This document shows, piece by piece, positions 29,080 to 43,804 of a DNA stretch of 64,000 bases. Origin of the DNA: Octopus vulgaris. Taxonomy: Eukaryota. A program made the translations under genes and the position numbers. How positions within the stretch are numbered: the stretch's first letter is position 1; each line of letters starts with the position of its first letter. The notes under the pieces were generated by a model, which saw nothing but the letters and a program-made list of their open reading frames with translations, ran no database searches and was not told the DNA's origin. The stretch is taken from the NCBI GenBank assembly GCA_951406725.2, contig OX597827.1, forward strand, positions 19,034,001 to 19,098,000, in the 5' to 3' direction.

Positions 29080-29517
29080 TTCCTTCCCGAGTCATAAGGG
29101 CCGGTTTGCCGGTTTTCATGGCGTATATCTTCCCCCACCTGGAAAGGACACCGGTCCGTCACAGGATTACTCATTTTCGCCAGGTGAGTAGACTGGAGCA
29201 ACGTGAAATGAAGTGTTTTGCTCAAGAACACAACGCGCTCCTTACGATCATGATGCTGACACCTTAACCACTAAGCCACGCGCCTCCACAAATGTTCTTT
29301 CTCGAGCCATGCCAGGCTCATAAGGGCCGGTTTCTCGGTTTCAGTGGCGTAGAAATTCCCCACCTGGACAGGACGATTTTCGTCAGCTGAGTGGACTGGA
29401 GCAACGTGAAATGAAGTGTTTTGCTCAAGAACACAACGCGTTACCCGATCCAGGAATTGAAACTACAATCTTACTATATGAGTTCAACACCCTAACCATT
29501 AAGCCATGCTCTTCCAC
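29080..29517 (-). mobile_element. Two tandem tRNA-headed SINE copies (family C-type head, different tail)
   Basis: cataagggccggttt..ccccacctgga..gactggagcaacgtgaaatgaagtgttttgctcaagaacacaacgcg..taacca(c/t)taagcca occurs twice. Confidence 0.8.
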
Positions 29518-29881
29518 TCAGAGTGATTGTATCATTTCTTTAAAAAATTTTGTGCGTTTGTTTTTAATCTGCTAGGCTGTACCTACTGACAAAATGCTAT
29601 TTCCATATCGGTTCTCACCGACGTGAAAGGAAGTGGAGGTATGTTTGCTGGAACTTGAAAATGAGGTGGGTTTTCAACATGTTCCTTTTCTACATATCCA
29701 GGTGTGTGGTTAAAACATACGAGTTTCGACACACTGCTATTTCACCTGAAACACAGGCACGGCTGAGTGATTTCAGGTTAAGTCCCTCTGTTATAGTATC
29801 GAGCCGACCATTCCTCTTTAAGTGAATCTTGTAGATGGAAACTTTTATGAACCCCTTCGTATATGTCAGATAGATAGATAT

Positions 29882-29926
<45 letters not shown>

Positions 29927-29980
29927 CATACATACATACATACATACATACATACATAAAAGACAGACAGATAGACAGAC

Positions 29981-30030
<50 letters not shown>

Positions 30031-30159
30031 AGATAGATAGATAGATAGATAGATATGCAGATAGACAGACAGATAGACAGGCAGCCAGAGAGATAGATAG
30101 AGAAGATAGATAGTTAGACAGACAGACAGGCCGACAAATAGACAGATAAATAAATAGAT

Positions 30160-30258
<99 letters not shown>

Positions 30259-30549
30259 TCACGTGACCGATCAGGTTTTTAGATTTTGTTATACATCGCT
30301 GGTCACAATACGTTTTTGCATTGTTTTAGCCTTCAAATGATGCCATTCGGCTGGCTAAGGCGAGCAGGCCCCACATTCCCCAACCGGATCGAAAGGGAGA
30401 CGGGTGCAACATGAAATGAAGGGTTTTGCTCAAGAACACAATACGCCGCCCAATCTGGAAATCGAACCCACGATCGCAACTTCATATATGCATGTGTGTG
30501 TGTGTATGTGTGTGTGTGTGTGTTTGAGTGTGTGTGTGTGGTGGGGTTG

Positions 30550-31092
30550 TGTAAAGGGGAGTGGCTTAGTAGTTAGGGTATTCGGCTCACGAACGCAAGG
30601 TCGTGAGTTCAATTCCCGGCAGCGCATTGTGTCCTTGAGCGAGACACTATTTCTATTTCTTTACTACCCACAAGGGGCTAAACACAGAGAGGACGAACAA
30701 GGACAGACAGACGGATTAAGTCGAATATATCGACCCCAGTGCGTAACTGGCACTTATTTAATCGACCCCGAAAGGATGAAAGGCAAAGTCGACCTCGGCG
30801 AAATTTGAACTCAGAACATAACGACAGACGAAATACGGCTACGCATTTCGCCCGGCATGCTAACATTTCTGCCAGCTCGCCGCCTTATTTCGCGTTGTTC
30901 CTGTCCACACACTTGGCAAAAATGAGTTATACCTGCGATTTCAAAGGGCCAGCCTTGTCACACTTTGTATCATGTTGAATCACCCCGAGATCTACGTAAA
31001 GGGTACACGTGTCTGTGGAGTGCTCAGCCACTTGCGTGTTAATTTTACGAGCAAGCTGTTCCGTTAATCGAATCAACAGGAACCCTCATCAT
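30550..31092 (+). mobile_element. SINE family C interrupted by a family B SINE
   Basis: Head gtggcttagtagttaggg...gagttcaattccc at ~30560-30617; body resumes at 30887. Confidence 0.75.
30648..30886 (-). mobile_element. SINE family B nested in SINE C
   Basis: Full reverse-complement match to 21319-21540. Confidence 0.9.
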
Positions 31093-31189
31093 TGTAACAC
31101 AAACACGCACACACACGCGGGCGCACAAACACACACATATATGTAGAAACATACATATATACACAATGTATATATATAAATACATATAC

Positions 31190-31357
31190 ATAGGCGCAGG
31201 AGTGGCTGTGTGGTAAGTAGCTTGCTTACCAACCACATGGTTCCGGGTTCAGTCCCACTGCGTGGCACCTTGGGCATGTGTCTTCTACTATAGCCTCGGG
31301 CCGACCAAAGCCTTGTGAGTGGATTTGGTAGACGGAAACTGAAAGAAGCCCGTCGTA

Positions 31358-31430
<73 letters not shown>

Positions 31431-31626
31431 CTGTTTGTCTTCCCAACATCGCTTGACAACCGATGCTGGTGTGATTACGTCCCCGTAACTTAGCGGTTCG
31501 GCAAAACAGAACCGATAGAATAAGTACTAGGCTTACAAAGAAAAAGTTCTGGGATCGATTTGCTCGACCAAAGGCGGTGCTTCAGCATGGCCGCAATCAA
31601 ATGACTGAAACAAGTAAAAAGAAAAA
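31190..31626 (+). mobile_element. SINE family A, full length
   Basis: Head ataggcgcaggagtggctgtgtggtaag through tail actgaaacaagtaaaa. Confidence 0.92.
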
Positions 31627-31670
31627 AATTACAAATATAGACACACACACACCCATATATATGGGCGTGC

Positions 31671-31703
<33 letters not shown>

Positions 31704-32060
31704 CGCGCGCGTGTGTGTGTATGTGTGTGTGTGTGTGTGTGTCTGCGTCTCTGTGTTTGACTCAAGACCGCTTGACAACCAGTACTAGCTTGTTCACGTA
31801 TCTGTAACTTAGCGGTTCGGCAAACGAAAGGGAATAAGTACCAGCCTTTTAAACGAATAAGTTTTGAGGTCGATTTGTTCGATAAAAGCAGTCAATGTGG
31901 TGCCCCAGCTTGGCCGCACAGCCGAATGACTGCAACCATGAAAGAGAAGAGGACAAAAATACTTTTCACTGTATTAAGTGGCTTTGATAGACTTCGTATT
32001 GGATGGCTATAGATTTTAGCATGAAAAAATATTCTTTGAAATGTCTGAAATGTTGATGAT

Positions 32061-32061
<1 letters not shown>

Positions 32062-32114
<53 letters not shown>

Positions 32115-32740
32115 GCCGAGTGAGTGAGTGAGTGAGTGAGTGAAGAGAGAGATGATGGGAGAGAAAGAGATAGAGAGAACAAGGAGTGAGCGGAAAGGAG
32201 GAAGAGAAGAAGAAGAAGAAGAAGAAGAAGAAGAAGAAGAAGAAAGTAATATAGAGAAGAGAGAGAGAGAGAGAGGTAAAGAGAGACGAACGCGGTAGAG
32301 AGATACAAGGGTTGAGAGAGAAGAAAGAGGAGGAGGAGGAAGAAGAAAAAGAAGAAGAAGAAGAAGAAGAAGAAGAAGATGATGATGATGAAGAAGAAGA
32401 AGAAGAAGAAGAAGAAGAAGAAGAAGAAGAAGAAGAAGAAAATAATATAGAGAAGAGAGAGAGAGAGATAAAGAGAGACGAAAGCGGTAGAGCGATACAA
32501 GGGTTAAGAGAGAAGAAAGAGGAGGAGGAGGTGGAGGAAGAAGAAGAAGAAGAAGAAGAAGAAGAAGAAGAAGAAGAAGAAGAAGAAGAAGAAGAAGGGA
32601 GTGGGAGAAAAGAGACTTGGAAAAGAGGAAGTAATAGAAATGAAAGAGAGAGGGAGAGGGAGAGGGAGAACGAGAGAGAAGAGCGAGAGAGAGAGAGAGA
32701 AGAGAGAGAGAGAAAAGAGAGAAGGAAGAAGAGGCGGAGG
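32062..32740. repeat. Purine-rich (GA)n/(GAA)n field with a duplicated island
   Basis: gagacgaa(c/a)gcggtagag(a/c)gatacaagggtt at ~32283 and ~32475. Confidence 0.92.
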
Positions 32741-33231
32741 AGTATCGGCTATTCTTCATTTATCATAACGGCTCATCTTTAAAGTGGGTCTAACTAGCTT
32801 CTTCGTCTCGATTTCTTTCTCATGAAACTTGATTATTACTGCGTTCTTTACGAAAACACTCGTATTGCAAAGGCATTCGATGTTATTTCGTCTGATATTA
32901 ATGGAAGAGAACTAACAACAAGAAAATAACTGAGCCATTAGTTAAAAAGACAAGAAAAAGAAAGAGAAGGAGAAGAAGAAGAAGAAAAAAGAAAGAAAAG
33001 GAAAGGAAAGGAAAGGAGAAAAGAAACTACTTCGAATCGCGACTAGACGTCTCAACTATGACGCGACTCAAGATAAATTGTCAAGATATATCCCGTGTAA
33101 TTAACTGCGATTCAGCCATCTTGCAGGGTTAAATAGGAATCATGCGACTTAGAGGAGCTTTTCTGGAGACCGGAGATACTTCAATGTTAATGTTAAAAAT
33201 CAAATAAAATGAAAATAACAACAATAATTGT

Positions 33232-33292
33232 AACAACAACAACAACAACAACAACAGCAACAGCTATGATAATAATGATAATGATAATAATA

Positions 33293-33335
<43 letters not shown>

Positions 33336-33346
33336 CGATGATGATG

Positions 33347-33409
<63 letters not shown>

Positions 33410-33441
33410 TGAAAGAAATACACACACATGCGCTCGCACAC

Positions 33442-33505
<64 letters not shown>
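33232..33505. repeat. Compound (AAC)n(ATG)n(AAT)n(CA)n microsatellite
   Basis: Directly visible. Confidence 0.95.
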
Positions 33506-33507
<2 letters not shown>

Positions 33508-34003
33508 GTGTGTGTGTGTGTGTACAAACGTAGAAGAAAATCTTATTCAAATTTGCAAACTCCTCTTTTTTCCTTTTTCATCATATGTTTTCGTTCTTTA
33601 AAAGCATACGAGTTGCTTTTGCTTGCTTTTGCTTTGCATGTATCTGATGGCAGCAGTGTCGTCTGCTCTGCTAGCGTCGTCGTCTGCTTGTGAAAATACG
33701 CCACTAATCCACAGTCAGTTGAAGGAACAATATATATATATGTATATATATATGTGTGTATATATATGTATATATATATGTATACGACTTTTGTGTATGC
33801 GTGTGCATTTTTGTTCGTGATTTGTTTGTTTTGTTTTTTTTTGTTTTATTTCTTCTTTAAAGAAACTTCACTTTATTCACATTCCAGTCATTAGATTAGG
33901 TTTTGTCGTTATATCCCAACAAACTCTGTATTTACTTAAGGGAATACCGCAATTCTTCAACATCATCATCATCATTCATCATCATCATCACTGCTGCTAC
34001 TGC

Positions 34004-34040
<37 letters not shown>

Positions 34041-34487
34041 ATGGTTAATTTCTGTTAATGTTGTCGTTGTTGTCATAGGTGTCGGCGTTGGCGTCGGTGG
34101 TGGCGGTGGTGATGGAGGTGGTGGTGGTGCTGGTGGTGGTGGTAGCGGTGTTATTATTGTGTTTACTGTTCATTTTCTTTTCTTTATTTATTTATTTATG
34201 TTGTTCTTTTTCCACCTTCGTTTTATTGCTGTTTGTTTGTTTTTTTTATCCTTTGTTTTCTTTATTATCAAAAGTTGGAGTTGATGACGACGACTACGAC
34301 GACGACTACGATGATGATGACGACGACGATGGTGATTATGATTATGATGATGTTCTTATTTATCCTTGTCAATTCTCTCTTCTTTTTCATCGTTCTTTAT
34401 CTTTTTTTTCGTCGTTTCCATTAATATTTCTGTGGACAAACAAAATGTACATGTATGTATGCGTGGATATTTGTGTATATATATTTA

Positions 34488-34518
<31 letters not shown>

Positions 34519-34733
34519 ATATATAGCTCTCTCTCTCTCTCACTATATATATATATATACCTATATATAAATATATATACACCTATATATATATACATAT
34601 TTATATATATAGGCATATATATAGGTATGTATATATACATACATTCTTGCATACATACATACATATATATGTATGTGTGCATATCCACATTTAGGTATAT
34701 ATATATATGTGTGTGTGTGTGTATGTGTGTGTC

Positions 34734-34776
<43 letters not shown>

Positions 34777-35124
34777 ATATGTGTATATATATACAGTCGT
34801 ACACACACGCATTCATATGTGTGTTTGTGTTTGTGTGTCTGCGTGTGTCTATAATATACGTATGTGAGTATATATGTGTGTGGTGGGGGTATATACATAT
34901 ATATATGCATGTATGTATGTATGTATGTATGTATGTATGTATGTATATGTATGTTTATATATATACTTATGTATATGTGTATGTCAATATATGGATCTTT
35001 GTACAGTACTGTACAGAAAGGTCATCTTCCAATATTAATAGCCTGAATACGTCTTATAAAGAAGCTGCTTTCAAACGAAGAAACAAAACTACTTTATTAG
35101 GATTGTACATGTGAAAATTTATCT

Positions 35125-35291
35125 TTTATCTTCTTCTTGTTTCAGTAATTAGACTGCGGCCATGCTGGTGCACCGCCTTGAAGAATTTCGGCCTATGGAA
35201 TCGATATCAGGACAGAATTCTTATTTTTCAAGTTTGGCATTTATTCTATTCTCTGCTTTGCCGAACTGCTAATTGTCAAGCTGTAGTCGTG

Positions 35292-35328
<37 letters not shown>

Positions 35329-35508
35329 AACAAACGTACATAAGTATACAGATGAGCGGCTTCTTTCAATTTCCGTCTCCCAAATCCACTCACGCTCTAC
35401 TAAAAAAAAAAAAAGAAACAACACTTGCCCAAGATGCCACACAGTGAGACTGAACCCGGGACCATGTCGTCTGGAAGCAAACTTCTCTCCACACAGTCAG
35501 GCCTACAG
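35125..35508 (-). mobile_element. SINE family A, diverged
   Basis: ttgtttcagtaattagactgcggccatgctgg ... acacttgcccaagatgccacacagtgagactgaaccc. Confidence 0.8.
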
Positions 35509-35523
35509 CTAGTGTTACCACTT

Positions 35524-35604
35524 ACCCTGGGAGGAATCGAACCTCGCTCTCTCGAGTGAAAGTCAGGGATACATACCACTAAATTACCACTAAATTACCG
35601 GGAA
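35524..35604 (-). pseudogene. tRNA-Glu(TTC)-like pseudogene or SINE head
   Basis: Minus strand reads TCCCGGT-AATTTAGTGGT(x2)-ATGTATCCCTGA-CT TTC AC-TCGAGAGAGCGA-GGTTCGATTCC-TCCCAGGG; 11-bp internal duplication and imperfect stems. Confidence 0.5.
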
Positions 35605-36285
35605 CTGTTAAAGTTTTGCGTATTTACACTTTTCCAATTACAGACTGAATTCGCGGAGCATATGTCTATACGGCACCTTTGGACATTACATCTTAGACCT
35701 TTTGTACAATAACTAAGTATGCCAGGAGCCAACGAAGAATCTTCTAGACGCACTGCTATTATTAGCAACCAAGTCATTTTCATATTGTACCAAAACGACC
35801 TTCCCACGTCTCAAATTATAACCCCAGTTTCACGTACAAACGCCTTTACATTGACAGCCTCTTACGATTCTCCGAAAACAGCAATACAACTACTCTCTCC
35901 CTACTTGAAGCTGGCTCCATCACAACAGACTTAAAATTGTAACTATACAGCCATCCACTTCTGACAAGCAACGCTAGAGCATATCAAAGACAGCGAGTCA
36001 CCAGACTTAAGGGCAGAAATTTGGAATGCACGGAGAGACAGAGATGACTCTGTGCGTGAGAAATTGACATCGTAAACACGTTTGAGGATTCAGTCCTAGA
36101 TTTGGGCATCTAATCCAAGTGTCATCTACTTTAAGCTCCGACGGGAATATAACCTCGGGAGTGAAATAGGCAGACGGAAACTGAAAGAAGCCTGTCTTGT
36201 GTTGTGTGTGTGTGTGTGTGTATACATACATATGCATATATATACATATATATATATATGAATCTCTCTCTCTCTCTCTCTCTCG

Positions 36286-36322
<37 letters not shown>

Positions 36323-36609
36323 TGTGTATGTATGTGTGTATATATATACATGCATATAAATGTGTGTGTGTCGTTGTGTATGTGTTTGTCCACCACCGCC
36401 GATTGGTAACTGGTGTTGGTTTATCTAAGTCTTCAAATCACTAGCGGTTCGGCAAAAAAGACTGATAGAATAAATACCAACTTTAAAAAATGAGCACTGG
36501 GGTCGACGCGGTGCCCCAGCATGGTCTCAATCCAGTGACTAAAACGAGCGAAAACAGAAAGATAAATACGTGCGCGCGCACATATACATAATATATATAT
36601 ATGTATATA

Positions 36610-36947
<338 letters not shown>

Positions 36948-36975
36948 ATGTATATATATATATATATACATATAT

Positions 36976-37338
36976 AACGGGAAGGTTTAAGAAAATAAAC
37001 AAAAGACGAAGGCAGGTGGAGTACAAACAAACAAATGTATTAGTATGGCGCTCAGGAATAGAAATAGAACAAGTCTTTCACGTTTCGAGCCTACGCTCTT
37101 CAACAGAAAGATACACAGAAAAAAAACAAGGAGAGAAAAAAAATGCGTGTAGGAGCTAACGATTTACACATATAGGGGGAAAGTTCACGAAAAAAAAAAC
37201 AAAAGACGAAGACAAGTGGTGTACAAAACAAACAGATGTATTAGTATAACGCTCAGGAATAGAAAAAGTCTTTTACGTTTCGAGCCTACGCTCTTCTACA
37301 GAAAGGGACACAGAAAAAATAAATAAACAAGGAGAAAT
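36976..37338 (-). mobile_element. Tandem dimer of a ~195-bp unit, each with a minimal hammerhead-like motif; related to 3575-3772
   Basis: Motifs at 37074-37111 (TCTTT-CTGTTGA-A-GAGC-gtag-GCTC-GAAAC-GTG-AAAGA) and 37270-37305 (CTTT-CTGTAGA-A-GAGC-gtag-GCTC-GAAAC-GTA-AAAG). Confidence 0.7.
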
Positions 37339-37344
37339 AACAGT

Positions 37345-38215
37345 TTTACGTAAAGTTCAAAGGTTTTGACGTCGTGGTGTATTGCAAGTTAACAGTTTGA
37401 CAACGAGGAACAAATTCTGTATGGACAATTCCTTTCGCATCGTCTAGACATTGGACTTCACTTGACGTGATTTTTTTGGGTTTTTTTGGTGGGGTGGTGA
37501 CATTGGATGCTTCGATTCACTTGATTGCTGCTTCGTTTCCGGTTCGTAGCCGGAGCATCAGATTTTGTTAGCAGAAAAGGGTCTGGATCATCTTCCAGCT
37601 GTTACTCTTTACTCTTTTACTCTTTCACTTGTTTCAGTCATTTGACTGCGGCCATGCTGGAGCACCGCCTTTAATCGAGCAACTCGACCCCGGGACTTAC
37701 TCTTTTGTAAGCCCAGTACTTATTCTATCGGTCACTTTTGCCGAACCGCTAAGTGACGGGGACGTAAACACACCAGCATCGGTTGTCAAGCAATGCTAGG
37801 GGGACAAACACACACACACACAAACATACACACACATACATATATACATATACATATATACGACGGGCTTCTTTCAGTTTCCGTCTACCAAATCCACTCA
37901 CAAGGCTTTGGTCGGCCCGAGGCTATAGTTGAAGACACTTGCCCAAGATTCCATGCAGTGGGACTGAACCCGGAACCATGTGGTTGGTAAACAAGCTACT
38001 TACCACACAGCCACTCCTGCACCTGTTCTTTCAGTTCACGATACGCATTCCGCCGTGAATGTTTTTGATCTTCCGCGTGCAAGCGAGGCACAAGTTTTAC
38101 TGCAACTCTTTTAGTTCGCAATTCCTCGCTCAGAATTCCTTGGCAGGAGCTCCAGGACACACCAGTCATATCAAGTTCGTCAATTGTTCGGCTACGGTCC
38201 TTTAAGATCAGTTCT
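37345..38215 (-). pseudogene. Mariner transposase remnant interrupted by SINE A
   Basis: Manual translation gives TIDELDMTGVSWSSCQGILSEELRTKRVAVKLVPRL...QK...ELKEQ / LEDDPD and DAKGIVHTEFVPRCQTVN, typical mariner motifs. Confidence 0.7.
37604..38024 (-). mobile_element. SINE family A, full length
   Basis: Reverse complement of 14013-14437; CTGTT at both junctions. Confidence 0.92.
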
Positions 38216-38262
38216 AGCGGTGGAAGCCTGAACTACAACGGACTTGTCCCACAGAGCACGTT

Positions 38263-38673
38263 TCTTATTTCTTTATTGCCCACAAGGGGCTAAACACATG
38301 GGGCAAACAAGGACGGAGAAAGGGATTAGGTCGATTATATCGACCCCAGTGCGTAACTGGTATTAATTTATCGAGCCCGAAAGGATGAAAGGTAAAGTCG
38401 ACCTCGGCGGAATTTGAACTCAGAACGTAACGGCAGAAGAAATACTTATTTGTTTACTACCCACAAGGGGCTAAACACAGAGAGGACAAACAAGGACAAA
38501 CAAACGGATTAAGTCGATTATATCGACCCCAGTGCGTAACTGGTACTTATTTAATCGACCCCGAAAGGATGAAAGGCAAAGTCGACCTCGGCGAAATTTG
38601 AACTCAGAACGTAGCGGCAGACGAAATACCGCTAAGTATTTCGCCCGGCGTGCTAACGTTTCTGCCAGCTCAC
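38263..38673 (-). mobile_element. SINE family B, tandem one-and-a-partial copies
   Basis: cccacaaggggctaaacaca...gtcgacctcggcg(g/a)aatttgaactcagaacgta occurs twice. Confidence 0.9.
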
Positions 38674-38894
38674 CAGAGAGAACGTTTCCGGTTACTTTTG
38701 AGTAAGTCAGCCCACCTCTTTTCCTTATCCTTTTCTTTATTTTTTTCTTTTCTTTTTTTTTTTTGTGTCTACATTTTGTCTGACAAATTTTGGATTGTCA
38801 TCCACCAATTGCAATCACTCACGTTGTCCAACCGTCCACTCTTCTTCCCCTCGTTCCATTTGCTGTAACATTTTACATATACATACATTTATAC

Positions 38895-39291
38895 ACTCTT
38901 CTATTCTTTTATTCGCTTCAGTCATTTTACTGCGGCCATGCTGGAGTACTGCCTTATTCGAACAAATCAACCCCAGGAATTATTCTTTGTAAGCCTAGTA
39001 CTTATTCTACCGTTTTCTTTTGCCGAAGCGCTAAGTGACAGGGAGGTAAACACACCAACATCGGTTGTCAAACTATGGGGAGGGGGACAAACACAGACAC
39101 ACAAACATATACACACACATATATATGTATATACGACGGGCTTCTTTCAGTTTCCGTCTACCAAATCCACTCACAAGGCTTTGGATGGCACGAGGCAATA
39201 GTAGAAGACACTTACCCAAGTTGCCACGCAGTGGGGCTGAACCTAGGACCATGTGGTTGGTAAGCAAACTACTTAGCACACAGCCACTTGC
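38895..39291 (-). mobile_element. SINE family A
   Basis: Matches the family A consensus throughout. Confidence 0.88.
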
Positions 39292-39357
39292 ATACATATA
39301 TACATACATACATACATACATACATACATACATACATACATACATACATACATTAAT

Positions 39358-39965
39358 ATGGCTGCCCCCTCGTTATCGAGTATGGCCATTGCACGAAGCT
39401 TAACTGTTACTGGTGCTGTGATCGAATGTGACTTTTTAGCCCAGCTAAAGATCTACAATGTCTTGTACAAAATTGGCAACTAAAACCTTTACCGGTAATA
39501 GCCGGCTGTAGTTGTAACTGGGCTTCATGTACCTTTGCATGTCGTTTGAGTCCTCCTGCCGAATTACACTCTCTTCCACATGCCCGACAGATATGATTAG
39601 TATGGTGTGTTACACCACCACCAGTGGCCATGTTGTCACGCATCTGTCTCGCTTTATGACTATGAAGATGACTCTTGAGTCCAGCTTTACTGAGGCAGGG
39701 TCTTGCACAAAAGAAGACCCTTCCCATCTGGAAGTGTAACAGCGATGCCCTTCCTGACATCCCTCCTTACTTTCTCATGCGCAACTCGAGATTTCTCAAA
39801 AGTAGCTGTCCCCTCATGCACAATCCTTTTCCACCTGCTACGATCAATAGCTATGCCTTCCCATATGTCAGGAGAGATGCAAGCATCTCTTAAGGAAGCC
39901 TTCAGTAAGTCCTTATACCTCTTTTTTGGTTTATGTGGAGGTCGTTCTCCTTTAGCTAACTCTCC
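39358..39965 (-). mobile_element. RTE/BovB-like LINE 3' end with C-terminal C2H2-like fingers
   Basis: ELAKGERPPHKPKKRYKDLLKASL...W...AIDRSRWKRIVHEG, then ORF 39407..39760 with CRACGRECNSAGGLKRHAKVH and CQFCTRHCRSLAGLKSHIRSQH; short 3'UTR and (ATGT)n tail. Confidence 0.82.
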
Positions 39966-40040
39966 AAAGCCTTGTGAGTGGATTTCGTAGACGGAAACTG
40001 AAAGAAGCCCGTCGTATATACATATATATGGGTGTGTATA

Positions 40041-40273
40041 AAAGGCGGCGAGCTGGTAGAAACGTTAGCACGCCGGGCGAAATTCGTAGCCGTATTTCGT
40101 CTGTCGTTACGTTCCGAGTTCAAATTCCGCCGAGGTCGACTTTGCCTTTCATCCTTTCGGGGTCGATAAATTAAGTACCAGTTACGCACTGGGGTCGATG
40201 TAGTCGACTTAATCCCTTTGTCTGTCCTTGTTTGTCCCCTCTGTGTTTAGCCCCTTGTGGGTAGTAAAGAAAT
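40041..40273 (+). mobile_element. SINE family B nested in a SINE A fragment (39965-40410)
   Basis: Full family B match; atatatatgggtgtgtata is duplicated on both sides (TSD). Confidence 0.92.
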
Positions 40274-40937
40274 ATATATGGGTGTGTATATGTTTGTTTT
40301 TCTGTGTTTGTCCCCCTCCCCATAGTTTGACAACCGATGTTGGTGTGTTTACCTCCCCGTAACTTAGCGCTTTGGCAAAAGAAAACGGTAGAATAAGTAC
40401 TAGGCTTACAATATAATATCGATTCGAGCGTCCATTGGGCAGTATGATTCTTCCAGTTGTTTGATCAATGGAACTACCTTCTTATTGCATTGTGGAATAA
40501 GTGGCAGAGTATTCCGAAGACATTCCTGCCGGTAATGTAATCCTCACGCAGAATAAACATGGCACCGAGTGTGACAATGCCGAACATTTTTGGAATCGCT
40601 GGTAGAGTCCATCTCACAGGCTTGCGCATATACCTTACCACACTGACCATTTCCCTCGCACGCACACACACACACACACACACACACGGACACATGCACA
40701 CACACACACACACACACACATTCACACACACAAACACACACGTACACACATTCATACTACTAGTACGCACGCACATACATATTCACAAAGACTCTTAAAT
40801 GCTTGCTTATTTAAATATATACGCACGAAAAACGCATCAAGGCGTATACATGTAAGTCTATCTTATACGCACGCATGTACGTATACATGCGAGTATGTAT
40901 GTATGTATGTATGCATATATGTATGTATGTATATATG

Positions 40938-40971
<34 letters not shown>

Positions 40972-41166
40972 TGTATGTATGTATGTATGCATGCATGTGC
41001 ACAAGCACGTATATAAGTGTCTATATATGTGTGTGTGCATGTATAAATGCAAGTATGCATGCATGCTGGCATGCATGTTTGTATGCGTGCATATATATAT
41101 ATATACATATACACATACATATACACGTATAGATATGTATGTATAAATGCAAGTATGTATATATGT

Positions 41167-41279
<113 letters not shown>

Positions 41280-41352
41280 ATTATATGCGTATGTAAGTAT
41301 ACATGCATGAATTTGTGTATGTTCATTTGTTTGAACATGTATGCACCCGGTT

Positions 41353-41414
<62 letters not shown>

Positions 41415-41527
41415 ATATGTGTGTGACGAGTGTATATATTCCATGATTCTGAATTCTCTTTTTAGTCAAAGATTTGCTTTTATCCTACAGCATCACAACG
41501 TTTTACACAAAAATACACACATATGCC

Positions 41528-41655
<128 letters not shown>

Positions 41656-41689
41656 CATATCTATATATATATAATTATACATACATATA

Positions 41690-41778
<89 letters not shown>

Positions 41779-42036
41779 ATGTATATGTATACACATCTAT
41801 AACTAAATGTATGTATAAATAAGCAGAGGATGAGTGGGGCGAGAAAGTGAACGAAAGGGGTTTATAGTTCTATATATGCATAATCATAAACATATACTTG
41901 TGAGTCTGTGTGTGTGTTTGCTAATGTATATATGTATATATATATGTCGATGTATGTATGTATATGTATGTATGTATATGTATATATATATATATGTGTG
42001 TGTATATGTACATATTCATGCATACAAGTATTCATA

Positions 42037-42084
<48 letters not shown>

Positions 42085-42170
42085 TATTTATTGAAATATA
42101 TATATACACACATACCTACATGCATACACATATATGCATATATACATGTGTCTGTATATATATATATGCA

Positions 42171-42212
<42 letters not shown>

Positions 42213-42230
42213 TACATACATATGTATATA

Positions 42231-42280
<50 letters not shown>

Positions 42281-42435
42281 TGTATGCATGTATGTATGCA
42301 TGTTTACTTGTGTATATATGTACAATGATTCATTCTGTCGCAACTATGAGTTTTTCACTTGTGCGCCTCTGTTCAGGCGACAAATGTATGTCTGTGTGTC
42401 GGTGATCGGTGTGCGTATGTGTGTGTGTGTGTGTG

Positions 42436-42496
<61 letters not shown>

Positions 42497-42948
42497 CTTG
42501 TTTTCTTATCGTGACGTATCTAGCTGCTATTATAACTATCACAAGAGAACAGAGCCAGTTTGATATCCGTGTCTCACCATTAGATACGATTCACTTGTCA
42601 GATATGTATGTGATATCTTGCAGCTCTGTTCGACTGTGTTATGTTATAGACTTGTATTACATTGGGCGGCAAAGATGAGTGGATAAAGCTAGCACCACCG
42701 TTTCCACCATCACCATCACTACCACCAACACCAAGACCACCACCATTACTGCCATTATAACCGACCACCATCACCAACGTCACCACCAACACCACCACTA
42801 CTACTACTACTACTAATAATAATAATACTAATAATACTAATACTAATACTACTTCTACTACAATTACCATCTTTATCTTACCAATATAGTATCGTCTGCG
42901 ATTCACCTCTATCATTAATACACACACACACACACACACATACATACA

Positions 42949-43016
<68 letters not shown>

Positions 43017-43151
43017 CATATATATATATATACATATATATATACATATATATATACATATATATATACATATATATATACACATATATATATACATATA
43101 TATATATACATATATATATACATATATATATACATAAATATATATACACAC

Positions 43152-43216
<65 letters not shown>

Positions 43217-43755
43217 ACGCGGTTGTTTCTCTACAAACATTGTGTAAGGATGGATGCATAGCATCAGAAGAGATAAGCTTAGATAAGCACCTGTCGTGCT
43301 CCAACAGAGTCGATCGCACCCACGTTTTTTTAGGGCCGCCAACAGAACCCACCCACATGTATGCACGCAGACTTTACACGTACACATACGTACACAGAGA
43401 GAAACAAACACTCATACACACACACGCACACAGTTACGCACAAAGACAGGAACACACACACACACACACACGCGCGCATACACGCACACACATGCACGCA
43501 CGCACGTTCGCGCATAAAAAAATATACTTGAACCAACGATGGAACGAAACCCGCACTGCGATGGCTGAAATTGGTTGGACTAACTACGAAAGCGTACCTA
43601 AAATCACGCTCTACCGTCAGAAAGTAACGACACATGAGGCAATGTAATGATTGCTACGAAAAAAAAATTTACATGGTGATCACGGTTGGACTGTCTTTAA
43701 TGGAAAGACTTCTCATTCAGGCCTGACCAAGTGAGATTAAACAACTACCCACCTC

Positions 43756-43804
<49 letters not shown>

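Noticed and set aside
39407-39760. Possible host C2H2 zinc-finger gene
   Set aside because: Lacks TGEKP linkers, is contiguous with RTE RT C-terminal motifs, and ends in a retroposon tail
40420-40658. Possible exon or Tc1 C-terminal remnant
   Set aside because: Stops in most frames, no clear splice sites or diagnostic motif
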